From the sequence record NZ_CP044066.1: a DNA stretch of 64,000 bases, one strand, 5' to 3'. Shown here piece after piece: positions 1 through 10,205 of this stretch. The stretch is from a plasmid. The notes under the pieces were generated by a model. That model was not told where the DNA came from, did not search any database, and was given only the letters and a program-made list of their open reading frames with translations. Made by a program: the position numbers and the translations under genes. Position 1 is the first letter of the stretch. Each line of letters opens with the position of its first letter.

Positions 1-56
1 AGGCTCTGTCATGGATACCTTGCCTGCGTTATTACAACCAGACCAAGGGAGTTGCC

Positions 57-1136
57 ATGAGAATTGCACAGATCGCGCCCCTCGCTGAGCGCTGCCCCCC
101 CAGCCTCTATGGCGGGACGGAGCGGATTGTTTCCTATCTGACGGAAGAGTTGGTTAGGCAAGGCCACGAAGTGACATTGTTCGCTAGCGGGGACTCTATT
201 ACCCACGCGGCACTCGTTTCGAGTTGTGATGTTGCGCTGCGACTGGGTGTTCGAATGCGAGACCCGCTGCCGTATTACATGATGATGCTCGATGAGGTAG
301 CCGCTAGAGCCGGGGACTTCGACATACTTCACTTCCACATCGACATGACGCATTACCCGTTGATGCGGCAGGTGCCTGCTGGGTTTGTCACGACCCTGCA
401 TGGACGTCTTGACCTCCCGGACATTTCGCCCTTCTACGCTCACTTTCCGAACTTCCCATTGGTGTCCGTGTCCACCGCGCAGCGTTCGCCGATGCCGGCG
501 GTGAATTGGGCCGGCACTGTTCTCCACGGCATCCCGGGTGCGCTGCTGGCGTACCGTGCAAAACCCGCCGGTGGCTACCTTGCGTTTCTAGGCCGCATCT
601 CGCCGGAGAAGCGCCCTGATCATGCTATCGCCATCGCGGCGAAAGCCGGTCTTCCCCTCAAGATTGCCGCAAAGATCGACGAAGTAGACCGCGCCTATTG
701 GGAGAGCACCATTCAGCCGCTGTTGGCGGCGTATCCCCAGGCGGAATACATCGGTGAGATCAACGAGCACGAGAAAGCAGAGTTTCTAGGGAATGCTTCT
801 GCCCTGCTCTTCCCGATTGCCTGGCCAGAGCCCTTCGGACTGGTAATGATCGAGGCGATGGCGTGCGGCACACCGGTGATCGCGTTCGACTGCGGCTCTG
901 TCTGCGAGGTCGTTGATCCCGGTGTAACTGGCTATATCGTCCGGACAGTCGAGGAGGCAGTTGCCGCCGTGCGAAAGATTCCAGACCTCCCGCGCGCAGC
1001 TGTCCGATCGGCGTTCGAGGCCCGTTTCACTGTCGAGCGGATGGCTCGCGATTACGTTCGAATCTATCGGCAATTGTCACTATCCGATACCAGCGATGCG
1101 CCGCGCGATGCGCCCGATGAACTCGTGCTCGCCTAA
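57..1136 (+). CDS. Glycosyltransferase family 1 (GT4-type)
   Basis: 359-aa ORF with N-terminal GT-B fold signature (MRIAQIAPL..YGGTERIV..LV.QGHEVTLFA) and C-terminal EPFGLVMIEAMACGTPVIA motif. Its stop TAA overlaps the ATG of the next gene (gccTAATGagg). Confidence 0.8.
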   Translation: MRIAQIAPLAERCPPSLYGGTERIVSYLTEELVRQGHEVTLFASGDSITHAALVSSCDVALRLGVRMRDPLPYYMMMLDEVAARAGDFDILHFHIDMTHYPLMRQVPAGFVTTLHGRLDLPDISPFYAHFPNFPLVSVSTAQRSPMPAVNWAGTVLHGIPGALLAYRAKPAGGYLAFLGRISPEKRPDHAIAIAAKAGLPLKIAAKIDEVDRAYWESTIQPLLAAYPQAEYIGEINEHEKAEFLGNASALLFPIAWPEPFGLVMIEAMACGTPVIAFDCGSVCEVVDPGVTGYIVRTVEEAVAAVRKIPDLPRAAVRSAFEARFTVERMARDYVRIYRQLSLSDTSDAPRDAPDELVLA

Positions 1137-3364
1137 TGAGGGACAAGAATCCCATGCCTTTAGAATCGCCCCCCCGGCTCGCCAATGCTGCACTGGTCAA
1201 AGGTGCCCCCCATGTTGCACAGTTTTATATTCCTACGTCGGCCTCCTTGCAAGAGCGCCGGCCGCGGACGCTGAAGCACGGAGATACTTTCGGGCTGTTC
1301 GATCATAACGGCGACGCGGTTGGCGCATTAGGCAGCCCTGAAGGGTTGTACCACTTAGATACGCGCCATCTGTCTTTCCTACAACTTACGCTCGACGGCG
1401 CCCGACCCATGTTGCTGTCTTCCACCTTGAGCGACGACAACTCGGCATTGACCTGTGATCTCACCAATCCCGATCTATCGGACGTGGAAGGAAATCTGAG
1501 GTTGGAGCGCGATTTGATTCATATACGCCGCACCCGATTCCTCTGGAATGGCACGTGCTACGAACGCATTATCGTGCGGAATTTTGACGAGTATCCCCGT
1601 CGCGTGCGATTCGACATAAGCTTCGATACCGATTTTGCCGACCTCTTTGAGGTGCGTGGAGCTCTGCGCCCGCGTCGGGGAACATTGCATGCGGTAAAGA
1701 TGTCCGAAGAAACGGCAACCTTGGGCTACACCGGCCTGGACAACGTTGTCCGAACTACGCAGGTGAGCTTTCATCCAGTCCCGCTTAACATGACCGGAGA
1801 CTGCGCGAGTTATGAGTTGATGCTTGAGCCGATGTCGGCGCAAAGACTCAGTGTCGAGATTCGATGTGCATCGCTCTCTGAAGAGCCCACAGGGCCAAGA
1901 ACGTTTCTGATGGCATTGCGCCAGTCCCGGCGAGAGTTGCAACGTATGTGTCGCCCCGAGGCTTTCGTCACTTCGTCCAGCGAGATGTTCAACGAACTGG
2001 CACGTCGCAGTGTGTCCGATCTGCATATGCTGCTGACCAATACGCCGTACGGCTTGTATCCGTATGCTGGGATCCCTTGGTTCAGTACGGCCTTCGGGCG
2101 CGACGCGATCATTACTGCCTTGCAGACACTATGGATGGACCCTCATCTCGCACGGGGTGTACTGCAATACCTCGGAGCGAAACAGGCTAAGTTCGTTGAC
2201 CACAAGGCTGACGCAGAACCAGGGAAAATTCTGCACGAGACACGCCACGGTGAGATGGCGCTGCTTGGGGAGGTTCCGTTCGGCCTTTATTATGGGAGTG
2301 TCGACGCCACGCCTCTGTATGTGGTTCTTGCAGGCGCGTACCTGCAGCGAACGGGAGACGTCAAGACCATCGCCGCGCTATGGCCGAATATTCTCGCTGC
2401 TCTTAACTGGATCACGGAATATGGCGACCGTGACGGAGATATGCTCGTTGAGTATGGCCGACAATCGCCGGATGGCCTCATCAATCAAGGGTGGAAGGAT
2501 AGTCGCGACTCCGTGTTCCACGCGGACGGCAAGCTCGCCCCCGGCCCTATCGCCCTCGTCGAAGTGCAAGCATATGTCTACGGTGCATGGCTAGCTGCTG
2601 CGGCAATCTGCGCGGCGCTTCAAGACACGTCGGGGGCTGCAACCTATACTTCCAAGGCTGAAGCACTACGCGAGGCTTTCGACGCGCGATTCTACGACGC
2701 AGAGCTGGGGACCTACGTTCTTGCTCTCGATGGGGACAAGCGCCCGTGCAGGGTGAGCACCTCCAATGCGGGACATGCACTCTTTACGGGTATCGCACGG
2801 CCTGATCGCGTGCCATCGGTCATCGCCAAGCTGATGGGCAACACGAGCTTTTGTGGTTGGGGAGTTCGGACAGTATCCACAGATGCGCCGCGCTTCAATC
2901 CTATGAGCTATCACAACGGCTCCGTGTGGCCACACGACAATTCGCTGATTGCGGCAGGTATGGCCCGTTATGGCTATCATGGCGAGGCTGGGCGAATCTT
3001 CGAAGGCCTGTTCGCAGCCTCTGGATACATCGATCAACGCCGTCTGCCAGAGCTTTTTTGCGGATTTCCTCGCCAGCGCAGCCAAGGCCCGACCTTTTAC
3101 CCTGTGGCATGCGCCCCACAAGCTTGGGCAGCTGCGGCGCCACTTCTGCTTCTGCAGGCTTGTCTCGGCTTGGACTTTGATCCGCACGGGCCTGTCATCA
3201 CCTTCGATGCACCATCCCTGCCCGGATTCCTCGATGAAGTCTTTCTCGGCAACCTGAGTGTCGGCGATGGGAGTGCGGATGTTGCGATCCGCCGTATGGG
3301 CGGTCGAGTGGTCGTTGATGTGATGGCACGCCGAGGTGAAGTCCGGGTGCTGACGCGAACCTAA
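1136..3364 (+). CDS. Amylo-alpha-1,6-glucosidase / glycogen-debranching-enzyme-like (GDE_N + GDE_C six-hairpin glycosidase)
   Basis: 742-aa ORF translationally coupled to the upstream GT. Conserved GDE_C-type segments are present (GIPWFSTAFGRDAIIT, GKILHE.RHGEMA, INQGWKDS, YHNGSVWPHDN). A GT plus GDE pair is a common arrangement. Confidence 0.8.
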   Translation: MRDKNPMPLESPPRLANAALVKGAPHVAQFYIPTSASLQERRPRTLKHGDTFGLFDHNGDAVGALGSPEGLYHLDTRHLSFLQLTLDGARPMLLSSTLSDDNSALTCDLTNPDLSDVEGNLRLERDLIHIRRTRFLWNGTCYERIIVRNFDEYPRRVRFDISFDTDFADLFEVRGALRPRRGTLHAVKMSEETATLGYTGLDNVVRTTQVSFHPVPLNMTGDCASYELMLEPMSAQRLSVEIRCASLSEEPTGPRTFLMALRQSRRELQRMCRPEAFVTSSSEMFNELARRSVSDLHMLLTNTPYGLYPYAGIPWFSTAFGRDAIITALQTLWMDPHLARGVLQYLGAKQAKFVDHKADAEPGKILHETRHGEMALLGEVPFGLYYGSVDATPLYVVLAGAYLQRTGDVKTIAALWPNILAALNWITEYGDRDGDMLVEYGRQSPDGLINQGWKDSRDSVFHADGKLAPGPIALVEVQAYVYGAWLAAAAICAALQDTSGAATYTSKAEALREAFDARFYDAELGTYVLALDGDKRPCRVSTSNAGHALFTGIARPDRVPSVIAKLMGNTSFCGWGVRTVSTDAPRFNPMSYHNGSVWPHDNSLIAAGMARYGYHGEAGRIFEGLFAASGYIDQRRLPELFCGFPRQRSQGPTFYPVACAPQAWAAAAPLLLLQACLGLDFDPHGPVITFDAPSLPGFLDEVFLGNLSVGDGSADVAIRRMGGRVVVDVMARRGEVRVLTRT

Positions 3365-3384
3365 TTCGTCCCGCTTAAAGAAAA

Positions 3385-3410
3385 GGGCGGGCGTAGCCGC
3401 CCTTCTCCGT
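3385..3410 (+). terminator. Putative intrinsic terminator after the GDE-like gene
   Basis: GC hairpin GGGCGG-gcgtag-CCGCCC followed by a pyrimidine/T-rich tract (ttctccgtct), 20 nt after the stop. Confidence 0.4.
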
Positions 3411-3428
3411 CTGCTGTTCTTCGCTATC

Positions 3429-3450
3429 GGCGCGTCACGAGTGACGCGCC
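3429..3450. repeat. Perfect 22-bp palindrome (10-bp arms, 2-nt centre)
   Basis: ggcgcgtcac-ga-gtgacgcgcc reads identically on both strands. It lies in the intergenic region between the GDE-like gene and a small minus-strand gene. Confidence 0.6.
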
Positions 3451-3584
3451 TGGTGCGAAAACGAACGGCAAATCAGAACATGGCACATGGGCGCGTATCC
3501 CTGCTACAGAGGAGGCCCGCTCACCGTAGGAAATCCGGGGCAGCGACAGTCATATGCTTTGCCGCCTCTGCATAGGGGCGCGCA

Positions 3585-3818
3585 TTACACGCTTTGATCG
3601 CCTTTTTCGCGGCCAGCGGTTTGCTGGGGTTCGCGTTGTTCTTTCTTGTCATCGTCTTCGAGCTGCGCATCGGTACCGCCCTCCTCCTCTTCTGGCTGCG
3701 TTCCCTGCTCGTCCTGCTCCTGAATTGGGAGCGCCCCGCTCTTGTCCTTTGCGCCGTCAACTTCGTCAGGTTGCTGCGGCTTGCCCTGCTGCTGATTCTG
3801 TCCAGGTTGCTGTGCCAT
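3585..3818 (-). CDS. Small (77 aa) highly acidic, Q/E/D-rich low-complexity hydrophilic protein
   Basis: Internal ATG of the 87-aa track ORF is preceded by a strong SD (AAGGAGttcatcATG). The sequence is disordered (MAQQPGQNQQQGKPQQPDEVDG...EEEEGGTDAQLEDDDKKEQ). The longer overlapping 217-aa minus and 186-aa plus ORFs look like GC artefacts. Confidence 0.5.
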   Translation of the reverse strand: MAQQPGQNQQQGKPQQPDEVDGAKDKSGALPIQEQDEQGTQPEEEEGGTDAQLEDDDKKEQREPQQTAGREKGDQSV

Positions 3819-4230
3819 GATGAACTCCTTGTCGTGGCTGAATGCCACATGAGGGTAGTCGCAAGGCGCGTACCAACTTGGGAACGTTCGTCTCCCAGAA
3901 AGAAAAGAATCCGCGACGAGCCATGGTCATGCTGTGGAGAGTCTTCCTCAAAAGCGACGGCCATTGACCAGTTCCACATCTCTCGTATTTGTACCGGTAA
4001 CGAACCTTCTTCTTGTAGTAATCGGTGGACCGACGGTGCGTTGCCCTCCCCGGTTCGATGCCCTTCTGGTTGCCCGGATAGTGGACGAGATCCGCTCATC
4101 CAAGGGAATCTCAAGGCCCGTAGCGGGACGCTAGTGATTTTCCGGCCGGGGTAACTGAGCTCGTGAAGCATCAACGTGGGCTGGGTACAGAGCTTGCGTT
4201 GGTGTTCAGACTAATGAAGGGGCATCGTCC

Positions 4231-5442
4231 ATGAGTCATCCGAGCGGCATGCATCAGAAATCGTTCCATATTCTGCTGGGGGTGGTGACGATTGCCTTCT
4301 TCTGGCTCTTGCTTCCTTTCTATGGAGCAGTGTTCTGGGGCGCGGTGCTCGCCGTCATCTTTGCGCCGGTCCAGCGGCGCCTCGTTAAGCGCCTTCACGG
4401 CCGACGAACCATCTCGGCACTGCTGACGCTGCTACTTGTACTTGTGCTGGTCATCCTGCCACTCTCTCTCGTCACAATCTCATTGGTGGATGAAGGCGCA
4501 AATCTGTACGAGAAAATTCGAGTAGGTCAGATCGACTTTGGCGTCTACTTTCAGCAAGCCTTCGAAGCGCTACCACAGTCTGTGCGAGCGACATTGCTGC
4601 GCTTTGACATCGGAGGTGTTTCAGACATCCAGGACAAGCTAAGTGCGAGCGTGATGCAGGCAAGTCAATTCTTAGCCACGCGCGCCTTGAGCATCGGCCA
4701 GAACGCCGTACACCTTATGATCGGGTTCGGGATCATGCTTTACCTGTTGTTCTTCTTGTTGCGCGATGGCCCGGCGCTGTCGCTCAGGCTGCAGCTTGTC
4801 GCACCACTCAGCCCATCACATCAGCAGCATCTCATTCGCAAGTTCACCACGGTGGTTCGCGCGACAGTCAAAGGCAACATCGCGGTTGCGCTTGCACAGG
4901 GAGTCCTGGGCGGAGCGATTTTTGGAGTGCTCGGAATCCAGGGCTCCCTTCTGTGGGGCGCGCTCATGGCGGTGCTGTCGCTTCTCCCAGCGATTGGGGC
5001 GGCACTCATCTGGGCTCCGGTCGCGATCTACTTCTTGCTGACAGGAGAACTGGTGAGCGGATTTATCCTGCTGGGATTCGGTGTGCTGGTCATTGGCCTG
5101 GTGGACAACGTTCTGCGACCGATTCTCGTCGGAAAGGACACCCAGATGCCGGACTACGTCATCTTGATTGCCACGCTGGGCGGTATGGCGCTTTTTGGAC
5201 TCAACGGTTTCGTCATCGGGCCGCTCATCGCGGCCCTCTTCATCGCAGCCTGGGACTTGACCAGCTTCAGTACCAGCACGACCACCACTCTGTCGCAGGA
5301 CGACCGCGGTGCCTATGCAGGGTCACTGGATGAACTGACGCCATCCGAAGTTGGTGGCGTGTACGCAAAACCCTCGTTGCAAGGCTCGCTTCACCAGCAG
5401 GTGGACCTGGGCCAGCCTCGTTATCTTCTCACGAGGCGCTGA
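4231..5442 (+). CDS. AI-2E family transporter (PerM/YdiK/YhhT, UPF0118)
   Basis: 403 aa with about 8 TM helices and a conserved G-rich C-terminal half (LIGLVDNVLRPILVGKDTQMP, GGMALFGLNGFVIGPL). SD aagggg lies 9 nt upstream. Confidence 0.85.
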   Translation: MSHPSGMHQKSFHILLGVVTIAFFWLLLPFYGAVFWGAVLAVIFAPVQRRLVKRLHGRRTISALLTLLLVLVLVILPLSLVTISLVDEGANLYEKIRVGQIDFGVYFQQAFEALPQSVRATLLRFDIGGVSDIQDKLSASVMQASQFLATRALSIGQNAVHLMIGFGIMLYLLFFLLRDGPALSLRLQLVAPLSPSHQQHLIRKFTTVVRATVKGNIAVALAQGVLGGAIFGVLGIQGSLLWGALMAVLSLLPAIGAALIWAPVAIYFLLTGELVSGFILLGFGVLVIGLVDNVLRPILVGKDTQMPDYVILIATLGGMALFGLNGFVIGPLIAALFIAAWDLTSFSTSTTTTLSQDDRGAYAGSLDELTPSEVGGVYAKPSLQGSLHQQVDLGQPRYLLTRR

Positions 5443-5634
5443 GTCGGTTTGTCGGACATGGCATCGGCAAAGGATGCGCTATCCGGGCATGAGTCCCCCG
5501 AATCCGCCCGAGGTGCGAGTACGCTCTGGTACGACTATTGCGGGACAGATAGCGGCAAGCAAGCGGGAGTCTCAGTCGTGAGGGTGGCAGTGCCGAGGCT
5601 TCCTGCGGTAGTTCAGTGGCTAGGAGATGATGTC

Positions 5635-5895
5635 ATGGAACGGACAACAGAGTATCGCGGTTTCGGCATTCGCGTCGAGCTCGAGAACGTAGCTAAGGAT
5701 ATGTTTGATGTATGGTTTCAGATCGAGGGGCCGGCATCGTCGCAAGGTACGAAGTCGATTGGGGAACGTACAAAAGTCTTCGCTGGCCCATATAGCCGAC
5801 GCTGGGCCTATCTCGTTGCAGAGCTTGGCGGCCGAGCTGCGGTGGATGTCGTCCTCAGTCTGGGCTTACTCCCGCAACAGAAGGACGTAATCTGA
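5635..5895 (+). CDS. Hypothetical small protein (86 aa)
   Basis: Internal ATG preceded by GGAGAtgatgtcATG. No recognisable family. Part of the 148-aa track ORF. Confidence 0.3.
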   Translation: MERTTEYRGFGIRVELENVAKDMFDVWFQIEGPASSQGTKSIGERTKVFAGPYSRRWAYLVAELGGRAAVDVVLSLGLLPQQKDVI

Positions 5896-6014
5896 AGCGT
5901 CGGCGGTGTAGCGAAACCGCAGACGCGAAAGGCTCTGCCCGTGTGAGCCAATCGACGAACGCAGAACGTTGAACTCGCTAGCTATAACGACGCCAGCACG
6001 AAGCCGGGGCGGTG

Positions 6015-6875
6015 TTACCAGGTGGAGATGGCCTTTGCTGTGAAAACCGGCATCTCGATTCCAGCGGGCAAATCGACACATGCTTGGACGGTTACCTGAG
6101 GACGCTCAGAATCCACACTACCAAAGATTGCGGCAAATGGCATGGCGGAGGCATCAACGCCGGTGCCGATGCGTAGCAATCCGGTTGGGATCGAGATGCC
6201 GGACGGATCTAGCAGGTACCATCGGTGAGAAAGATAGACTTCCACCACCGCATGAAAGTCAGATGGGCTTCTTCTGGTGTCTGCTCCATAGTCCAGGCTG
6301 CTTGACATGCGTGCGGGAATGCTCAGCGCACGACAGATTGCTATCATCAGGTGCGCGTAGTCGCGGCAAACGCCGGCACGTTCGACAACAGTATCCAAGG
6401 CCGATGTCCGCTCGTTAGTTGAATGCGAGAGAAAGCGGACGTGATTTCGGACCCATTCTCGGATCGCGTAGACGCGGGCATATCCCTGGCGCATGGTGCC
6501 GAACTCACGCATCGAGAATTCCATGAGACGGTCCGATTCGCAGTAGCGACTGGGGGTTATGTACCTGAGAACTTCGAACGGAAGTTCCGCAACTGGGATC
6601 TCAGCTAACGATTCGGTCTCGTCGAGCGCGTGGTCGATGTTTACTACGGCCTCGTAGCTTACCGTGAAGGGTCCTCTGGGGACTCTCAGCCTCAGCAGCC
6701 GATTGCACAAGACAGGATCGGTATAACGGCTCGCTATGACTGAGGGCGGAACTTCCATTCGTTCGAATACCACGGACTGCCGAGCAGTATTCGCCGCTTC
6801 AATATTAAGAATGAAGTCCGCCCAAGCATCCTTAACGTTGTAAGAAAGTTGCACAGTGTATTGAAGTCGATTCAT
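6015..6875 (-). CDS. Transglutaminase-like family protein (Bact_transglu_N + transglutaminase core)
   Basis: The Cys-His-Asp core is recognisable (GVCRDYAHLMIAICRALSIPAR, HAVVEVYL, LLDPSG). Start chosen at MNRLQ with SD ttaaGGGGAAGccagATG. The upstream extension of the track ORF overlaps nhaA. Confidence 0.8.
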   Translation of the reverse strand: MNRLQYTVQLSYNVKDAWADFILNIEAANTARQSVVFERMEVPPSVIASRYTDPVLCNRLLRLRVPRGPFTVSYEAVVNIDHALDETESLAEIPVAELPFEVLRYITPSRYCESDRLMEFSMREFGTMRQGYARVYAIREWVRNHVRFLSHSTNERTSALDTVVERAGVCRDYAHLMIAICRALSIPARMSSSLDYGADTRRSPSDFHAVVEVYLSHRWYLLDPSGISIPTGLLRIGTGVDASAMPFAAIFGSVDSERPQVTVQACVDLPAGIEMPVFTAKAISTW

Positions 6876-6954
6876 CTGGCTTCCCCTTAAGTGAGCGAGT
6901 CTGGTTCCCGAGTCCCGTTCCTCGCCCGGTGCTGAACGCCATCTAGATCTTCGC

Positions 6955-8271
6955 TCACGTTGAGCTTCGCGCCGCAAACAGGAACCTCAACGCCAGCATT
7001 CCAATCGACGCGGAGATCAGCGAAGCGGCCAAGATGCCAACCTTCACCGAGCCTATCAGTTCGGGGCTAAACGACAGCCCCCCAATGAACAGCGCCATGG
7101 TAAATCCGATGCCAGCTAGCACGCTGCCTGCTGCCAGGATCGGCCAGGGAAGATCGTTTGGCCGATGGGCGAGCCCCAGTTCTACGAATAGTGCGCAGCA
7201 CACGACGATTCCTACGGGCTTGCCCACCACAAAGCTAAGGAAGATAGCGGTCGCGAGTGCGGGATCCACCGTAGCGGGAACGAAGGTAACGCCCGCGTTT
7301 GCTAACGCAAACACTGGCATGACAGCAAAAGCGATCCAGGGGTGAAGGGCGATTTCGAGCCGTTCGATAGGAGACATTGCTTCCCGAGTTGCCACTTCCG
7401 CACGTTGCAGGTCTCGTCGTCCCGCCGTATCGCCGCTCCAATGCCGCCCAGGGGGATAGGCGACTACCCTGTCGAGGATGGCGTGTAGGCGATCATCACT
7501 GACCCAGCTACGTGCAGGGGTCATCAATCCTAAGACTACGCCGGTCAAAGTGGCATGAATGCCTGACGCATCGACTGCGAGCCAGATTGCTACGCCGAGC
7601 ACAAAGTAGAACGGAAAGCTTCGAATCCCAACTTGCGCTGCTCCCAGAACAACCGCAAAACCGGATGACGCAAGAGCTAGTGGCAACCACTGCAAAGCGC
7701 CGCTATAGCTGACAGCGACCACGACGATCGCTGCAATATCGTCGAAGATGGCAAGAGCCAGCAGGAACAGTCGCAGGCTTTCGGGGATACGACGCCCGAG
7801 TAGGGCGAGGCAACCGATCACAAAAGCAGTGTCGGTGGACATCACTGTCCCCCACCCTCCCGCGCTAGGGTTGTCACCTACCAAGCCCAGAAAGATTGCC
7901 ACAGGAAATATCATTCCGCCGAAGGCGCCGGCCAGAGGCATCACCGCGATCCTGAGGTCGCGGAGCTCTCCGAGCACCATTTCTCGCTTCAACTCCAGCG
8001 CGACGACAAAGAAGAACAGAGTCATCAAGCCGTCATTGATCCAGTGCTGTATCGAGCGGGTGAATTCGAGATTCCCCAATGAGAAGCCAAAGCGCGTCTC
8101 CCAAAGTGAGAAATACTGAGAGGCCCATCCGGAGTTCGCTAGGGAAAGCGCAACGACAACGCAAACGAAGAGCACAGCCCCGGCCATCGCTTCAATGCGA
8201 AGAAAGCGCATGAATGGGCCGGTGAAGTGGTCTGCCAGCTCCCGCGGGAGGTGTCCAATATCTTCGTTCAT
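6955..8271 (-). CDS. nhaA: Na+/H+ antiporter NhaA
   Basis: 438-aa polytopic membrane protein with typical NhaA segments (FFVVALELKRE, AIFDDIAAIVVVA, ALANAGV). Confidence 0.9.
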   Translation of the reverse strand: MNEDIGHLPRELADHFTGPFMRFLRIEAMAGAVLFVCVVVALSLANSGWASQYFSLWETRFGFSLGNLEFTRSIQHWINDGLMTLFFFVVALELKREMVLGELRDLRIAVMPLAGAFGGMIFPVAIFLGLVGDNPSAGGWGTVMSTDTAFVIGCLALLGRRIPESLRLFLLALAIFDDIAAIVVVAVSYSGALQWLPLALASSGFAVVLGAAQVGIRSFPFYFVLGVAIWLAVDASGIHATLTGVVLGLMTPARSWVSDDRLHAILDRVVAYPPGRHWSGDTAGRRDLQRAEVATREAMSPIERLEIALHPWIAFAVMPVFALANAGVTFVPATVDPALATAIFLSFVVGKPVGIVVCCALFVELGLAHRPNDLPWPILAAGSVLAGIGFTMALFIGGLSFSPELIGSVKVGILAASLISASIGMLALRFLFAARSST

Positions 8272-8883
8272 CCCTCTCTTCCGTTAAGGGTGCAGCGGAC
8301 CATGCCTGCTTCATCACCACGATGCGAAAAGCCGTCGCCGGGGTCGGCTTTCGCCGAGTCGCCGACGTGAGAACGAACGCGACCAGGATGTTTGATTGGT
8401 AACAGCGAACGATCGCTGACGCGGACATAGTTGCGACATTCGTGCCACCAAGCAGCGCACGACGAATGCACAGCCGTCATAGCCGAAGTGTTACTTCCTC
8501 GCGAGGCTCCGCGTATTTGGGGTCAGAAAAAGTGGGGGTATCACGCCGGTGGGCGAGGAGCGCCGTCTGCATCATCGGCAATCTAGGGTTGGCGCTTTCT
8601 TCATCCGCGTTGAGTCAAGGCGTGGACTGCGACGTTGTCTGGCGTCCGAACGTGACTTCTGAAATCACCCCTCATTTTGCGGTGCAGAGGGCGTGTGTGT
8701 GCTTGAGACACGAATGACGTCTGCTGAGGTTCCGTGATCGCAACGCGTCAGCCGCGAAATGCGCGGGAGGCGAAGAGGCCAAAACCGCCGCCGAAGCCAA
8801 AGGTTCCCGCAAGCCCCGCCGGTAATGCTCAGCGTCCTACTATGAACAAGGATGTGGCGAGTAAGAGATCGGCCTGACCCGTT

Positions 8884-9096
8884 TCAGGTCTTCGTGCGCC
8901 GTTTAGGCTTCAGAGTCTTGGGCGCGAGTACCGCGGTCCAGAATTTGGTCACCTGCGTAGCGGCTTCGGTAGCCGCTGTCACACTCTGACGTTTCGCCTC
9001 GGCAGTGATTCGCCCGCGCGCGCTACTCGAAACCCGATTGGCCTGGCTCAGCCACATACTCATAAAAGGGTTCTTCTTAATCCATGGATTTTTCAT
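8884..9096 (-). CDS. Hypothetical small basic protein (70 aa)
   Basis: ORF with GGAG 7 nt upstream of the ATG. Sequence MKNPWIKKNPFMSMWLSQANRVSSSARGRITAEAKRQ...; family not recognised. Confidence 0.35.
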   Translation of the reverse strand: MKNPWIKKNPFMSMWLSQANRVSSSARGRITAEAKRQSVTAATEAATQVTKFWTAVLAPKTLKPKRRTKT

Positions 9097-9149
9097 GAGA
9101 GCTCCAGTACGGTCGTCGCTTTCGAAAATTTGATGGCGTCCGCCATCAG

Positions 9150-9449
9150 TTAGATGTTGGCTTTCTCGATCCCGCCGGCATCGGAAGGGCGGAGGCCACT
9201 AAGTGCGCTGGATAAGGTCTTGCCCTCGTGAGACCCTATGATGCCTCTCAACATGTCCGTTGCGGCCACGACCTCGCCCAGATCCTCCCCATTGCGTTCG
9301 AAGCGGAGCATTTCGTCGTACTCCTTGGCAATGCGCTTCGCTATTGACCGAACGAATCCCGGGTGCAGCTCGCCTTTGATTGACCCAGCGACAACATGCC
9401 GGGTCAACGTTGCAAGGCCCTCGAAGGTCGTTTCAGTCTTGATCGACAA
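9150..9449 (-). CDS. Hypothetical protein (99 aa, TTG start)
   Basis: ORF of reasonable composition. The start is TTG with no convincing SD. Confidence 0.3.
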   Translation of the reverse strand: MSIKTETTFEGLATLTRHVVAGSIKGELHPGFVRSIAKRIAKEYDEMLRFERNGEDLGEVVAATDMLRGIIGSHEGKTLSSALSGLRPSDAGGIEKANI

Positions 9450-9830
9450 ACTTTGTTCGATGATTCTCCCCTGGAGGCGACGGCCTCGTTCGCGGCGAAA
9501 TTCTCATGGTCTGCCAAGACTACCTGGCAGTAATTCGGCGAGTCGCAGCTGTCGCAGATCAATATCGGACGTTGACCGCATTGCCTACATCCCGAAATCA
9601 GATAATCTGGCTACGCGCTGCTTTGACCGGTGCATGCGAATGACAACTGCGAGTTGTGGTGGCCGATGTCCAGGCGATCCAATTTGCTCGCGACAAGCCT
9701 GACAGCGCGGCATAGTCTTCCATTCTGGTGATGGCTCCTAACGAGAAGGATGCCGGGATAATTAAGGTCTTCGCGGCGATCGCAGAACGGTGCCCACTTA
9801 TGACGACGGCCGGTTGGCCGTAGGTGTAGA

Positions 9831-9862
9831 CCCTAGCGCAATGATCCCCTAGCGCAATGATC
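9831..9862. repeat. Perfect 16-bp tandem duplication (ccctagcgcaatgatc x2)
   Basis: Two identical adjacent 16-mers inside an approximately 750-bp stretch (9450-10200) that lacks convincing ORFs. Confidence 0.7.
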
Positions 9863-10205
9863 GTGCCGTGTGGGGTGCCTGACGGTCCAGACATTCCCTT
9901 AGAGCGTTCAGCGCATCGTGCTCAGCCCCCTGGCTCTGCGGGGAGCGGCGTGATTGTTATTCCCGCTAGGGCAGCGATTCCGAAGATACAGTCACGACAG
10001 GCAGCTCGTTCGACTGCGGTGTGCGGATATCGCAGACCTCCCCGATGGTGACCGTCCCGTCCAAACTGTACGTTTGCAGAAAGGTTCGGTACGTCCGGTT
10101 GACGATTGCAAAGATGGGTAGGCGCGTCGCGCGCCTCATTCGCTTGAGACGCCAGTACTTACGACTGAAATTGATGCCCATGTAGGACGCCAGCGGCTAC
10201 CGTCG

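Noticed and set aside
3521-4174. 217-aa minus-strand ORF and 186-aa plus-strand ORF overlapping the small acidic gene
   Set aside because: R/S/L-rich composition typical of high-GC antisense artefacts. The only SD-supported start in the region belongs to the 77-aa acidic protein.
9598-9894. 98-aa minus-strand ORF spanning the 16-bp tandem duplication
   Set aside because: A 16-bp duplication would shift the frame of any ancestral gene. No start signal and no homology were recognised.
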